Shown: positions 37,480-48,908 of the stretch, one piece after another
Numbering within the stretch: the first letter of the stretch is position 1
Layout of the letters: every line of letters begins with the position of its first letter
Origin: an uncultured Gemmatimonadales bacterium
GTDB taxonomy: Bacteria; Gemmatimonadota; Gemmatimonadetes; Gemmatimonadales; GWC2-71-9
Length of the DNA: 64,000 nucleotides
NCBI GenBank assembly: GCA_963695555.1
Contig: CAVOGR010000007.1
Span: forward strand, 352,001-416,000
Reading direction: 5' to 3'
Made by a program: the position numbers and the translations under genes
The notes under the pieces: generated by a model
Seen by the model: only the letters and a program-made list of their open reading frames with translations
Told to the model about the DNA's origin: nothing
The model's database searches: none

Positions 37480-38958
37480 TCAGCCCTGAGGTGCCACCCG
37501 AAGGCGCTGCCCGACCCTTATGGTGCTGCTGGTCAGGCCGTTCCACTCACGGAGCTGTTGGCGCGTGATCCCATACCGGTTGGCGATCAGCCAGATCGAT
37601 TCTCCGGATCGGACCCGATGGTACCGTGCACCGCTTGCAGCAGCCCGTTTGGGCGCGGAGCGCACGCCCTTGGGTATGGTCCCACTCGTTGGGACGATGA
37701 GACGCGTGCCGATCCTGAGCGCGCGTGGTTTCACCTTGGGATTGGCGTCGCGGAGGAGAGTCAGCGACACGCCGTACCGCTTGGCGATGTGCCCGAGGGT
37801 TTCACCGGACCGGACCACGTGTTCGAGGAAGGTCACCCGGTCCTTGACGGGAAGCTCTGCGTACTTGGCGGCGGTCATTTCGCCGGTGCCCAGCGGCAGC
37901 CGGACCAAGGTTGCCCGACCCGGCGCGGTTGCCATGCGGCGTACTTGCGGATTCAAAGCCTGGATCGCCCGCACCGACGTGTCGGCCAGGCGCGCGACAA
38001 CATCGAGGCCGGTGGCGTCGGGCACGATAATGGAATCGTAGACCAAGGGTTCCGGAGGCAACAGCGGCGGGAAGCCATACTTTTCCGGCTCCTTGGCGAT
38101 GAGGGCCGCGGCAATCAGCTTCGGCACGTAGTCCTTGGTTTCCCGCCGCAGATAGCGCGTGTCGGAAAGACGAAAGAACGTGTCTTCGACGTCCGCGTCG
38201 ACCGCTTCATCAGCATCGTCGGCCGGTAGCCGGCGGAGACCTCGCGAGACCTTTCCGGCGCCGGCGTTGTAGGCTGCCGCGGCCAAGTAGAGCGAGCCGA
38301 ACCGGTCACGTAGATCGGCGAGATGGTGCGCGGCGGCTTTCGTAGCCTTGTAAGGGTCGCGGCGTTCGTCGATCCACGAATCGACCCTGAGCCCGTACAT
38401 GGTGGCGGTACCCTTCATGAATTGCCACATGCCCGTAGCCCGCGAGCGGCTCACCGCGGAATTCGAGAGGCCGCTCTCAATCAGTGCGAGGTATACCAGG
38501 TCGCCCGGGAGGTCCCGTTGGCGGAGCTCCTCGCGGATCATGTCCTCGTAGTGCGGGAGGCGTTGCAGCCAAATGCCAAACCGGTCCCGGGCCTTGCCTT
38601 GGAAGAAGTCGAGATAGAACTGGACGCGCTCGTGGTTCAGGTAGGGTTCGACGGCAATGTCCCACGTGACGGGCGAGGCTTCTAGGGCGTTGGGCCCGCC
38701 TGCCGCATCCATCCCGCGAACCGCGGCGATGGCATTGCCCTCAGGCCTCGATTCATCGAGCCACTCGAGCACCGCCGCGTCGGCCGCGGAGTCCTCCGTT
38801 GCCATGAGGAACTCGGTGGTTGCCACGCCGGCGAGGTCCGGGGCGGGGGGCACCTCGACGATGGGCGCGGGCGGTGGGCTCGCGGCCTCGGGAACGGGAC
38901 TCGCTCCGGCACAGGCACCGAGCACACAGACCCCAGCCAGGACTGATAGCCGTTTCAT
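37480..38958 (-). CDS. mltD: MltD-like lytic transglycosylase lipoprotein with LysM domains
   Basis: Lipobox LGAC, IESG, ATGMWQF, AAYNAG, ETKDYVPK, two C-terminal LysM domains. Confidence 0.88.
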   Translation of the reverse strand: MKRLSVLAGVCVLGACAGASPVPEAASPPPAPIVEVPPAPDLAGVATTEFLMATEDSAADAAVLEWLDESRPEGNAIAAVRGMDAAGGPNALEASPVTWDIAVEPYLNHERVQFYLDFFQGKARDRFGIWLQRLPHYEDMIREELRQRDLPGDLVYLALIESGLSNSAVSRSRATGMWQFMKGTATMYGLRVDSWIDERRDPYKATKAAAHHLADLRDRFGSLYLAAAAYNAGAGKVSRGLRRLPADDADEAVDADVEDTFFRLSDTRYLRRETKDYVPKLIAAALIAKEPEKYGFPPLLPPEPLVYDSIIVPDATGLDVVARLADTSVRAIQALNPQVRRMATAPGRATLVRLPLGTGEMTAAKYAELPVKDRVTFLEHVVRSGETLGHIAKRYGVSLTLLRDANPKVKPRALRIGTRLIVPTSGTIPKGVRSAPKRAAASGARYHRVRSGESIWLIANRYGITRQQLREWNGLTSSTIRVGQRLRVAPQG

Positions 38959-39008
38959 TGCTGGCACAACCCTCCGGTTCTACGAATCAGCCTGGTGTGG
39001 TGCCGCGA

Positions 39009-39479
39009 CTAGCGCATAAAGAAACGATTCCCCAGGACGCGATTGGTCGCATTCAGGACGGCGAGCGCGGCCGCTCTCGCCAAATCGTCCTCGGTCAGAA
39101 CCGAGCCAACGAGGTGCTTCTGCTCATCTCCCTGCTTTGCCTCGAGCGATACGATAACCACGTGGGCATCGAATGCCCGGACCGCCTTCGCGCCCAGCAG
39201 GTCGAATTCACTGCCGCTGTCCACCGCCTGGCTCAGCGCGGTTACACAGGCCTGAGCCGCGCAGCGCAGCTCGCCGGCGCTCGACATCAGGCCCTCAGCG
39301 TCCCCTGTGAACTGCTCTCCGGTGGACCACGTCAGCACCACGTGGGCCTGGCAGCGCCCGTTGGGGAGCCGCTCCATGGAGAAATCCGCGAAGCGAATGC
39401 GCTCGCGGCGCATGTCGGGTTGACTGGGCATGGTGCCGTTTGAGTCCGTCGAGACGGTGTTCCCCTTCGGGGGGGTCAT
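39009..39479 (-). CDS. Hypothetical protein (start uncertain)
   Basis: Coding-like ORF ending ARAAALAVLNATNRVL. Confidence 0.7.
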   Translation of the reverse strand: MTPPKGNTVSTDSNGTMPSQPDMRRERIRFADFSMERLPNGRCQAHVVLTWSTGEQFTGDAEGLMSSAGELRCAAQACVTALSQAVDSGSEFDLLGAKAVRAFDAHVVIVSLEAKQGDEQKHLVGSVLTEDDLARAAALAVLNATNRVLGNRFFMR

Positions 39480-39643
39480 TGCCGGCTTCCGGCCGGCCTT
39501 CTCCACCATCCAACGCGCAAACCGTGCCAGCCTGCGGGCGCCCTTACGGGGCCCGCATCCCCTTGCCCGTCAACGGCTTCTATCGCTCCACCCGGGGGGC
39601 CGGCCCCCGAGTATTCCCGAGATTCAGGGCTATCTGCGAGACC

Positions 39644-39904
39644 TCAGGCCGTCTGGCCGCTCGGCTCGAACCGGACCTCCAGTTGGCGGCCTCGTTCCAG
39701 CGGCTGCCGCACCACATCGACCTCCAGCCGGGGCTGCCCAGACTCGTCCAGGTTGACGCTGATGACCGTGATCAGCCCGTCCGCGAGCTCGATGCGAAGC
39801 TGCCGGAAATCGGACCGCATGATGGAGTGGAGGATGGGCTGGCCTCGCAACTGGGCGAGGGCTTCCGCGACGCGCCGGAAGTCTTGCAGCGGGACTTGGC
39901 TCAT
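39644..39904 (-). CDS. Hypothetical protein
   Basis: 86-aa ORF with GAGG SD, co-oriented with its neighbours. Confidence 0.7.
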   Translation of the reverse strand: MSQVPLQDFRRVAEALAQLRGQPILHSIMRSDFRQLRIELADGLITVISVNLDESGQPRLEVDVVRQPLERGRQLEVRFEPSGQTA

Positions 39905-39918
39905 CGGACCCTCGATCC

Positions 39919-40158
39919 TTACTCGACGTGCTCGGCGAGCAATTCGGCCAACCGGTCATCGGAAATCCGTTCGGCCTGGGCAAAGAGGGACGATTTCGAG
40001 GATGACTGCAGCGGGTAGGGCTTCCAGAACGAGGTCGACGGCTGACCGGCCGAGCGAAATGCGAGAACAAGCTGCCACAGCGTCATGTTGGCAGATCGCT
40101 CCGCGGCCACGCTCACTTTCCAAACCTGGTCTTGATGCTCCAGTACTCGCCACGCCAT
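39919..40158 (-). CDS. Hypothetical protein
   Basis: 79-aa ORF starting MAWRVLEH. Confidence 0.65.
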   Translation of the reverse strand: MAWRVLEHQDQVWKVSVAAERSANMTLWQLVLAFRSAGQPSTSFWKPYPLQSSSKSSLFAQAERISDDRLAELLAEHVE

Positions 40159-40367
40159 GGGACTACCCCGAGTCGTTCGTGTCGGAAAGGGGCGGCCAAT
40201 ATGCCCCGTAATAAGATCCTTGGCAAGAGGCACGCCAAGCCGCCAGCACAGGCTGATTTCCGCTCGGCGCGGCTGGCCCGGTGGGCCCCGCCGGGGTTTC
40301 CGCTCGATCATTGCGTGATGTAGGTTAGTCGGGCCAACGCGACATTTGCGGGGACCGAGCAGCACAG

Positions 40368-40440
40368 AGGGGGCGGTGGGACTCGAACCCACGACCTACA
40401 GATTAAAAGTCTGTTGCTCTACCGGTTGAGCTACGCCCCC
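40368..40440 (-). tRNA. tRNA-Lys (TTT)
   Basis: GGGGGCG-TAGCTCAACCGGTAGAGC-A-ACAGA-CTTTTAA-TCTGT...GGTTCGAGTCCCAC-CGCCCCC cloverleaf. Confidence 0.95.
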
Positions 40441-40544
40441 GACGCCCCAAACGTCGCACGGCCGTAAGCGAAACTCAAGACCGACCCACCCGGTCGCAAC
40501 GGGCCGGAGCCCCTCATTTCCCGATATCGAGCCACCGATCAGCC

Positions 40545-41999
40545 ATGTCAGAGGACCTGAAGCCCCGAACCGACTCGGACCCAGACGAGCCACCCAAAGC
40601 CGACGACGAGTCCGAGGCCGGGCGACTGCGGCGGTGGGACGATACCCACCTCTGGCACCCCTTCACCGCGCACGATCGGCAGGCCGACGCGCTCATGATC
40701 GTGGAGGGCGACGGGCACTACCTCATCGACATCGATGGGAACCGATACCTCGACGGCATCGCCTCGCTCTCCTCCAACTCGTTCGGCCACCGTCGCCCCG
40801 AGATCGACGCCGCGATCACCGGGCAACTCGGGCGTATCGCCCACACAACCCTCTTCGGCAACGCCACGGACCAGGCGGTGACCCTGGCTCACCGCCTGGT
40901 CGAGATCGCGCCACAGGCACTGACCCGGGTCTTCTTCTCGGACAGCCCGGCCGGGGCCGTCGAGGCGGCGCTCAAAATGGCCTACCAGTATTGGCAACAG
41001 GCGGACGGCGGGCGACACGCCGCCCGGCAGGTGTTCCTGAGCCTCGGCAACGCCTACCATGGCGATTCGATCGGGGCACTGTCACTCGGCGGCATCGAGC
41101 GGTTCCAACAACCGTATCGGAAACTTCTCTTCACAACCTTGCACGCGCACTCGCCCTACTGCTATCGCTGCCCCAACGGCTTGACCCGCGACAAGTGCGT
41201 GAGCGATTGCATGAAGGAATTGGAGCAGGTGGCGTTCGACAACGCCGGCCGGATCGCCGGGATCGTGATCGAGCCGGGGCTCCAGATCCCCGGCGGCATG
41301 ATCACCCAGCCGGAGGGATATCTCGCCAAGATCCATGACATCGCGCACAAGGTCGGGGCTCTGCTCATCCACGACGAGTCGATGCTGGGATTGGGCCGCT
41401 CCGGAACCATGTTCGCCTCGGAGCGGCTCGGCGTCACTCCGGATTTTCTGTGCATCGCGAACGGTCTCACCGGCGGCTACCTGCCGATGGCGGTGACGCT
41501 CACCTCAGAGAAGATCTTCCAGGCATTCGACGGCGGCGGCACCGCCGCCAGGGCCTTCTATCATGGCGACCCCTACGCGGGCAACTCCCTGGCCGCGGCC
41601 GCGGCACTCGCGACGCTCGACATCTTCGAGCAGGATGGAATTCTCGACGCCTTGCCCGACAAGATCACCCGACTGGAGCGGGAGCTGACCCGCCTCGGGC
41701 AGTTTCCGTGTGTTGGTGAGGTGCGGCAGTTCGGCCTCGCGGCGGGCATCGAGCTGGTGGCGGATGCGGCCTCGAAGAAACCCTATCCTCGGGAGGAGCG
41801 CCGCGGCACCAGGTCAGCGCTGGCTGCGCGGTCTCACGGCGCGTTCGTCGGCGCGATCGGGGATGTGGTGATTCTGATGCCGCCGCTCACCATCGAGGAA
41901 GAGGAGATCAAGCTGCTGGTGGATGCGGTGGTGGCGGGCATCGGTGAGGTGTGCGGCTCGGAGATAACTGAAACCGAAGAGGAAGCGGAAGAGTCTTGA
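40545..41999 (+). CDS. BioA-like class III aminotransferase homolog lacking the catalytic Lys
   Basis: LWHPFT, YLDG, EAALKMA and YHGD motifs present; PDFLCIANGLTGGYLP has Asn at the Schiff-base Lys position. Confidence 0.85.
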   Translation: MSEDLKPRTDSDPDEPPKADDESEAGRLRRWDDTHLWHPFTAHDRQADALMIVEGDGHYLIDIDGNRYLDGIASLSSNSFGHRRPEIDAAITGQLGRIAHTTLFGNATDQAVTLAHRLVEIAPQALTRVFFSDSPAGAVEAALKMAYQYWQQADGGRHAARQVFLSLGNAYHGDSIGALSLGGIERFQQPYRKLLFTTLHAHSPYCYRCPNGLTRDKCVSDCMKELEQVAFDNAGRIAGIVIEPGLQIPGGMITQPEGYLAKIHDIAHKVGALLIHDESMLGLGRSGTMFASERLGVTPDFLCIANGLTGGYLPMAVTLTSEKIFQAFDGGGTAARAFYHGDPYAGNSLAAAAALATLDIFEQDGILDALPDKITRLERELTRLGQFPCVGEVRQFGLAAGIELVADAASKKPYPREERRGTRSALAARSHGAFVGAIGDVVILMPPLTIEEEEIKLLVDAVVAGIGEVCGSEITETEEEAEES

Positions 42000-42008
42000 C
42001 CGACCCGG

Positions 42009-42686
42009 TTATATCACAGACAAATTCAGCGACAACTGACTCACCGGCTCGAAGCTGAACCGGTGATGCGCGGTCGCACCGCTCGCGGCGATCGCCTCGC
42101 GATGCTCCGCCGTCCCATACCCCATGTTGGAATCCCACCCATAGGCCGGATGCCGCCGCGCCAGCCGGCACATCAACTCGTCGCGCACCGTCTTGGCCAC
42201 CACACCGGCCGCGGCCACCGAGTAGCACAACGCGTCGCCGTCCACCAACGCCTCATGCGGCATGCCGAGCTCCGGCATGGGAAGCCCATCGAGCAGGATG
42301 GTGACGTCGGGGGGAAGCGGGTCGTCCGGCCCGTCGAGGATGCCGGCAATGCGGCAGGCGCGGAAGACGGCGCGGCGCATGGCCAGGGCCGTGGCACGCC
42401 GGATGTTGAGGCGATCGATTTCCTTGGTCGAGGCGGCTCCAACGCCGATCGCGCGGGCGCGATCGCGGATCCGCTCGGCCAGCTTCCGGCGTTTCGCCGC
42501 GGGCAGTTCCTTGCTGTCCCGCACCCCGCGCACCCGGCGCACCCGGGCCGGAAACAAGACGGCCGCGGCCACCACTGGTCCTGCCAGGGGGCCGCGGCCG
42601 ACTTCATCCACTCCGATCAACACCCGCTCCTCCGCCCAGAGCGCGGCTTCGCGCCGCAGCGACGGGGCCGGAGCGCGCATGGCCAT
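42009..42686 (-). CDS. rnhB: Ribonuclease HII
   Basis: GVDEVGRGPLAGPV, RDSK, AKTVRD and GYGT motifs. Confidence 0.95.
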   Translation of the reverse strand: MAMRAPAPSLRREAALWAEERVLIGVDEVGRGPLAGPVVAAAVLFPARVRRVRGVRDSKELPAAKRRKLAERIRDRARAIGVGAASTKEIDRLNIRRATALAMRRAVFRACRIAGILDGPDDPLPPDVTILLDGLPMPELGMPHEALVDGDALCYSVAAAGVVAKTVRDELMCRLARRHPAYGWDSNMGYGTAEHREAIAASGATAHHRFSFEPVSQLSLNLSVI

Positions 42687-42688
42687 CG

Positions 42689-43036
42689 TTACTTCTCGCG
42701 CTTCTCCTGAATACGTGCGGCCTTGCCGCTCAGCTCGCGCAGGTAGTAGAGCTTGGCCTGCCGAACCCGTCCGCGCCGGAGCACCTCGATCGAGGCGATC
42801 GAGGGGCTGTGAAGCGGGAAGATACGCTCCACCCCGACGCCGGCCGAGATCTTTCGCACCGTGAAGGTCTCGCTGATGCCGCCGCCGCGGCGGGCGATCA
42901 CGTTGCCCTCGAAGGCCTGGAGCCGTTCCTTCTCCCCTTCGCGCACGCGCACCATGACGCGCACCGTGTCGCCGGCGGCGAAGCGCGGGAGATCCTCACG
43001 AACCCCCGTTTGTTCTATCGTAGCCATCCGACCCAT
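42689..43036 (-). CDS. rplS: 50S ribosomal protein L19
   Basis: [24 protein letters not shown] and AKLYYLR motifs. Confidence 0.98.
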   Translation of the reverse strand: MGRMATIEQTGVREDLPRFAAGDTVRVMVRVREGEKERLQAFEGNVIARRGGGISETFTVRKISAGVGVERIFPLHSPSIASIEVLRRGRVRQAKLYYLRELSGKAARIQEKREK

Positions 43037-43089
43037 GATTTCATCCTCCGCGCCACCCGGCGCTGTCGCCAGTAAGATAGTCGTTCCCG

Positions 43090-43773
43090 TCAGCGTTCGG
43101 CATCGTCGGAGCGGGCGCCGGGCCGTCGCTCGGTTGAGAGCCGCTCTGCCTCGCGCGCGCGCCACGCCTCGATCTCCGCGTGGTTGCCGGAGAGCAGCAC
43201 CTCGGGCACTTGCAACCCACGGTACTCGGCCGGACGCGTGTAGCTCGGTGGGCTCAGGAGCCCATCGTAGTGCGAATCGGAGCTGGCCGATTCGTGATCG
43301 CCCAAGGCCCCCGGCAGAAGCCGCACCACCGCATCGATGACGCACATCGCGGCCGGCTCGCCACCCGACAGGACAAACTCCCCGATGGAGAACTCGTCCG
43401 TCGCCAACGCGTCGGCCACCCGCTGGTCCACGTCCTTATAGTGGCCGCAGAGGAGCGTCACCCGTTCCTCGAGCGACAACCGCACGGCGTCGCGATGGGT
43501 GAACGGCCGGCCTCTCGCGGACAGCAGCACGATCGGCCCGGTCGGCGCCAGGGCATCCACCGCCTCGAAGAACGGCTCCGGCTTGAGCACCATCCCGGCG
43601 CCGCCGCCGTAGGCATAGTCGTCTACCGTCTGATGCCGGTCGTGCGTGAACTCCCTGAGCTGCACCAGCCGGTACTCCACCAGCTCTTTCGCCCTCGCGC
43701 GTCCGAGGATGCTCGTGCTCAGATACGGCTCGAACACCTCGGGAAACAACGTGACGACATCGATCCGCAGCAT
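43090..43773 (-). CDS. trmD: tRNA (guanine37-N1)-methyltransferase
   Basis: [27 protein letters not shown] and LLSGNH motifs. Confidence 0.97.
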   Translation of the reverse strand: MLRIDVVTLFPEVFEPYLSTSILGRARAKELVEYRLVQLREFTHDRHQTVDDYAYGGGAGMVLKPEPFFEAVDALAPTGPIVLLSARGRPFTHRDAVRLSLEERVTLLCGHYKDVDQRVADALATDEFSIGEFVLSGGEPAAMCVIDAVVRLLPGALGDHESASSDSHYDGLLSPPSYTRPAEYRGLQVPEVLLSGNHAEIEAWRAREAERLSTERRPGARSDDAER

Positions 43774-43802
43774 CGCCAAGGCGCCTCAGGCGGGGGCGGC
43801 AT

Positions 43803-44339
43803 TCACTCGACCAACCCCTCGGGTACTGTTACCGTCAATGCCCGCTGGTCGCGGTTTACCTCGTGCACGAATTCCTGTCGGTACGGCAACAGGAATTCCC
43901 GCTTGGGACCCTGCACTTCGAGCGTCAATCCCGACGGCAGCTCGTACAGCTCGGAGACCACACCGATCGCGGTCCCGTCGGCCGTCCGGACCGAGAACCC
44001 CACCAACTCGTGGGTGTAGATCTCGTCGTCGGCCGGAGGCGCCAGGTCCGCCGCGTCCGCGGCGACCAGGACCCCGCGAAACGCGGGCAACGCCTCCAAC
44101 GCCGTCCTGCTGTCGATGCCCTCGAACTTGAGCAACCACTCGCGGTGGTGGCCCCGTCCGCGTTCGATCGTGAGCGCCTCGCCCACGTCGTTCCCCGCAA
44201 GATCCACCATCCATAACCGCCGGCCCGGCTGGAACACCTCGTCCGGGCTATCCGTCAACGGAAACACCGCACACTCACCCTTGAGACCATGCGGTTTCCG
44301 CAGCCGTCCCACGACGAGGCGGCGTGCGGCCTCCGCCAT
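43803..44339 (-). CDS. rimM: Ribosome maturation factor RimM
   Basis: VGRLRKPHGLKGE motif; lies between rpsP and trmD. Confidence 0.95.
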   Translation of the reverse strand: MAEAARRLVVGRLRKPHGLKGECAVFPLTDSPDEVFQPGRRLWMVDLAGNDVGEALTIERGRGHHREWLLKFEGIDSRTALEALPAFRGVLVAADAADLAPPADDEIYTHELVGFSVRTADGTAIGVVSELYELPSGLTLEVQGPKREFLLPYRQEFVHEVNRDQRALTVTVPEGLVE

Positions 44340-44596
44340 TAGGACGGTGTGGTCTGGTAGACTCCGGCCTGCTTGAACAACGACTCGACCGTCTCGGACG
44401 TCGTTGCCCCTTTCGCGAGCCACTCCCGGGCGCGGTCGGTATCGACCGTGAACTGCTGGGTCTTGGCCGCCGGGGTATAGGTCCCGAGAATCTCGATGAA
44501 GCGGCCGTCGCGCGGGGCGCGCTTGTCGGCGACGACGATACGGTACATCGGCAGCTTCTTTCGGCCGACGCGACGGAGACGGATGCGTGTTGCCAT
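44339..44596 (-). CDS. rpsP: 30S ribosomal protein S16
   Basis: IRLRRVGRKK.P.YRIVVAD and RDGRFIE motifs. Confidence 0.98.
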   Translation of the reverse strand: MATRIRLRRVGRKKLPMYRIVVADKRAPRDGRFIEILGTYTPAAKTQQFTVDTDRAREWLAKGATTSETVESLFKQAGVYQTTPS

Positions 44597-44619
44597 AATG
44601 TGACTACCTCGTGAGAGTC

Positions 44620-45951
<1,332 letters not shown>

Positions 45952-46015
45952 AAGCCCAGAAGGTTAAACGGGATACGCGGGGAGAGCAAGGAGAATGGGG
46001 CCTGGGTCGACGGGC

Positions 46016-46057
46016 GGCGGATCGGCGGATCGGCGGTTCGGCGGTTGGGCGGTTCGG
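46016..46057. repeat. Tandem octamer array (GGCGGWTC)x5, left arm
   Basis: GGCGGATC GGCGGATC GGCGGTTC GGCGGTTG GGCGGTTC. Confidence 0.85.
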
Positions 46058-46188
46058 TCGGGACCGGAGCGCCCCACTACCCCATGGGTGACGCATTCTC
46101 ATGACGACCTCCAGCGCGATTTGGAACCGTGTGTTTAGTGCACCAACACCTACTGTTTGGTCTCCCCTTTTGCATTGCGGATTCTGGG

Positions 46189-46557
46189 ATGTGGCCCTAT
46201 CAGAGATTCGATGCGTGGAAAGTGGCCCACGACCTGACTCTCGATCTATACCATGTCACAAAGAGATGGCCCGCGGAGGAGCGATTTGGCCTCACCGCAC
46301 AGGTCCGCAGAGCTGCCCATTCGATAGGGTCCAACATCGCCGAAGGGTCCGCGAAACGAGGGTCCAAGGAATTTCGCCGATACTTGGATATTTCGATCGG
46401 TTCGCTGGCCGAACTCTCCTATTCAGTTCTACTCGCGAAGGATCTCGGCTATCTGTCTGACGCCGAAGCCCATCGCCTGATAGGCAAACTCAATCGGACC
46501 AGCCGTGTCTTGTGGGGGCTCTACCGTTCGATTGCAGCAAGGAATTCCGGTCGATGA
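46189..46557 (+). CDS. Four-helix-bundle protein (23S rRNA IVP / Avd-like family)
   Basis: WP.EERFGLT.QVRRAA.SI.SNIAEG and F.RYL.IS.GSL.E motifs; lower GC. Confidence 0.9.
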   Translation: MWPYQRFDAWKVAHDLTLDLYHVTKRWPAEERFGLTAQVRRAAHSIGSNIAEGSAKRGSKEFRRYLDISIGSLAELSYSVLLAKDLGYLSDAEAHRLIGKLNRTSRVLWGLYRSIAARNSGR

Positions 46558-46582
46558 GCGGAGCCCCAACCCGCTCGTGGCT

Positions 46583-46611
46583 GCCGAACCGCCCAGCCGC
46601 CGATCCGCCGA
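46583..46611. repeat. Inverted octamer array, right arm
   Basis: Reverse complement of the left arm (2 mismatches over 26 nt). Confidence 0.8.
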
Positions 46612-46665
46612 GACGTGTGGCACCAGCCCTTCCCCGATACCTTGCTTCCCTCCATTCTTAGCCCC

Positions 46666-48228
46666 ATGGACCCCCAAACCCTGCTCACCGGGATCATCAC
46701 GGTTCTGGTCGGATCGCTGTCGGGCGGGCTCACCAACGCCGTGGCCATCTGGATGTTGTTCCATCCCTACGAGCGGCGGGGGTTCGGGCCGTTCACGATC
46801 CACGGCGCCATCCCCAAGAACAAGGAACGGTTGGCCACCAGCATCGGCAAGACGGTCGGGCAGAAGCTGCTCACCGCCGAGGACTTGGCTCGGCGCTTGA
46901 GCGCGCCGGAAATCGAACAGGCCTTTACGGCCGCGCTCGATGGCATCCTGAACGATCTCCTGGAAGCGGATCGCGGCCCGCTCAAGAGCCACTTGAGCCC
47001 CGACATGGCCGCCTCGCTCGATCTCGCCATCGGCGCCCTGGGCGAGAAGGTGTCATCGCGGTTGGTCGAGTACGCTCGGACGCCCGCGTTTGCCGGGCTC
47101 ATGAGCGGGTGGATTCAGAAGCTCCAGGATGAGGTCGGCCACAAGCCCATTGCGGAGATCCTCACCACCGACCGGCGTGATGCGCTGCGCACCAAGGTGG
47201 ACGACTGGGTGCAGCAGCTTGCCGACGGGCCGGAACTGGAGCGCACCCTTCGTCATTTCGTGGATACGCAGCTCGATCGCCTGGCAGGCGACACCGAGCC
47301 GCTCATCGAGCGTCTTCCCATGGGGCTGGTGGGTGCGGTGGAGCAAGGCATCACCGATTACCTGCCGGTCGCGCTGGAGCGTATCGGCGGCGTGCTGGCC
47401 GATCCCGAGGCCAAGAGTCGCGTGCGCGTGGCGCTCCGCCAGGCATTCGACGGTTCGATCCGGGACCTGTTGCTCCACGAGCGGCTCCTGGCCAAGATCA
47501 TGGTGACCGACAGCACGTTTGCGCGGTTGCTGGACGGCATCGAGCGCGACGGGTTCGAGCGCTTCGCCGGCACCATGACATCGCCGGAGATGCGCGAGCA
47601 GTTCAGCAGGGCAGTCAACGCCGCGATCGTGAACTTTCTCCGCATCCCGCTGAGCGAGCGGTTTGCCCGGCTCGGGCCGGAGCGGCGGGCCGCGTTGGCC
47701 CAGACCCTGGGCGACTGGTTGGTGAAGGTGACGCGCGACGCGTCGACCCGATCGGTCATCGCGCGCACGGTCGATCGCGCCCTCGCGGCGGCGGAGCAGC
47801 GTACCTGGGCGGACGTGCTGCACGTACTGCCGGCCGAGCGGGTCGCACAGCTCCTGGGAGACTCCCTCGCCACCGACAAGGCCAAAGGGTGGGTCCGCGA
47901 CGCCACGCAATCGGTCGCCAACCAACTCTTGTCCCGCCCGCTCGGCCGTCCCGCGGCCTGGCTCGGCGAGGACACGACGCAGGCCATGCGCCGCGGCATT
48001 ACCGATGCAGCGTGGGGATGGACGCGCCAACAAGTGCCGCGCATCGTGGAGCAGTTCAGCGTCCAAGAGATGGTCGAGAAGAAGGTCCTCGGATTCTCGA
48101 CCCAGCGCATGGAGGAGATCGTGCGCGGGGTGACCCAACGCGAGCTGACATGGATCGTGCGGATCGGCTACATGCTGGGCGCCATGATCGGCCTGCTCGC
48201 CTTCCTGATCAACCAGCTGCTCGCCTGA
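46666..48228 (+). CDS. DUF445-family membrane protein
   Basis: TNAVAIWMLFHPY, GAIPK, C-terminal EL.WI.RIGY.LGA.IG. Confidence 0.85.
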   Translation: MDPQTLLTGIITVLVGSLSGGLTNAVAIWMLFHPYERRGFGPFTIHGAIPKNKERLATSIGKTVGQKLLTAEDLARRLSAPEIEQAFTAALDGILNDLLEADRGPLKSHLSPDMAASLDLAIGALGEKVSSRLVEYARTPAFAGLMSGWIQKLQDEVGHKPIAEILTTDRRDALRTKVDDWVQQLADGPELERTLRHFVDTQLDRLAGDTEPLIERLPMGLVGAVEQGITDYLPVALERIGGVLADPEAKSRVRVALRQAFDGSIRDLLLHERLLAKIMVTDSTFARLLDGIERDGFERFAGTMTSPEMREQFSRAVNAAIVNFLRIPLSERFARLGPERRAALAQTLGDWLVKVTRDASTRSVIARTVDRALAAAEQRTWADVLHVLPAERVAQLLGDSLATDKAKGWVRDATQSVANQLLSRPLGRPAAWLGEDTTQAMRRGITDAAWGWTRQQVPRIVEQFSVQEMVEKKVLGFSTQRMEEIVRGVTQRELTWIVRIGYMLGAMIGLLAFLINQLLA

Positions 48229-48338
48229 GCGGATACGCCGGAGCCCCCACCTCCGCCTACCGATTCAGTTCCCGAGGATGCTCCCAATCGGCCGTTCTCC
48301 CAAGCGTGCGTGCAACCCTTTCCCCCCCTGACCCACTC

Positions 48339-48908
48339 ATGGATGTGACCGAGCAGCCTCGAGGTTCTGAGCCGCACGACCGCCTGCTGGCAGATCGGGT
48401 GTCGCACCAGGGGGATGAGTTCGCGTTCCGCGAGCTCTATCGCCGCCACACACCACGACTCTACGCCTTCGTCCTGCGCCTTCTGGCCGGGAATGAACTC
48501 GATGCGGAGGACGTGGTGCAGGACACCTGGATCAAGGCAGTCGAGAAGTTGAGCCAATTCCGCTGGGAGTCGGCCTTCGGGACATGGCTGCTGGGCATCG
48601 GCCTCAACCGGTGCCGGGAGTTGTTTCGGAAGAAGGATCGAAACTGGATCCTGCTCGAGGAGGAGGTGGCCGCGGTGCCATGCGAACCACTCCACGATCG
48701 CATCGATCTCGAAACCGCGCTGACGGAGTTACCGCCCGGCTATCGCACGGTGGTGGTGTTACACGATGTCGAAGGATTCACCCATGAAGAAATCGCGGAG
48801 CGGCTCGAGATCTCGAGCAACACGTCCAAGAGTCAGTTGTCCCGCGGGCGCCGGGCGCTTCGGTCCCGACTGTCTTCGGCCCCTGCGGGCCAGGTGAGGG
48901 TACCATGA
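48339..48908 (+). CDS. ECF RNA polymerase sigma factor
   Basis: DAEDVVQDTW, F.TWL and LPPGYR...HEEIA...TSKSQLSR motifs; TGCAAC -35-like motif at 48311. Confidence 0.92.
   Translation: MDVTEQPRGSEPHDRLLADRVSHQGDEFAFRELYRRHTPRLYAFVLRLLAGNELDAEDVVQDTWIKAVEKLSQFRWESAFGTWLLGIGLNRCRELFRKKDRNWILLEEEVAAVPCEPLHDRIDLETALTELPPGYRTVVVLHDVEGFTHEEIAERLEISSNTSKSQLSRGRRALRSRLSSAPAGQVRVP

Noticed and set aside
46189..46557. Diversity-generating retroelement or rRNA intervening sequence
   Set aside because: No reverse transcriptase, TR/VR pair or rRNA is in the window
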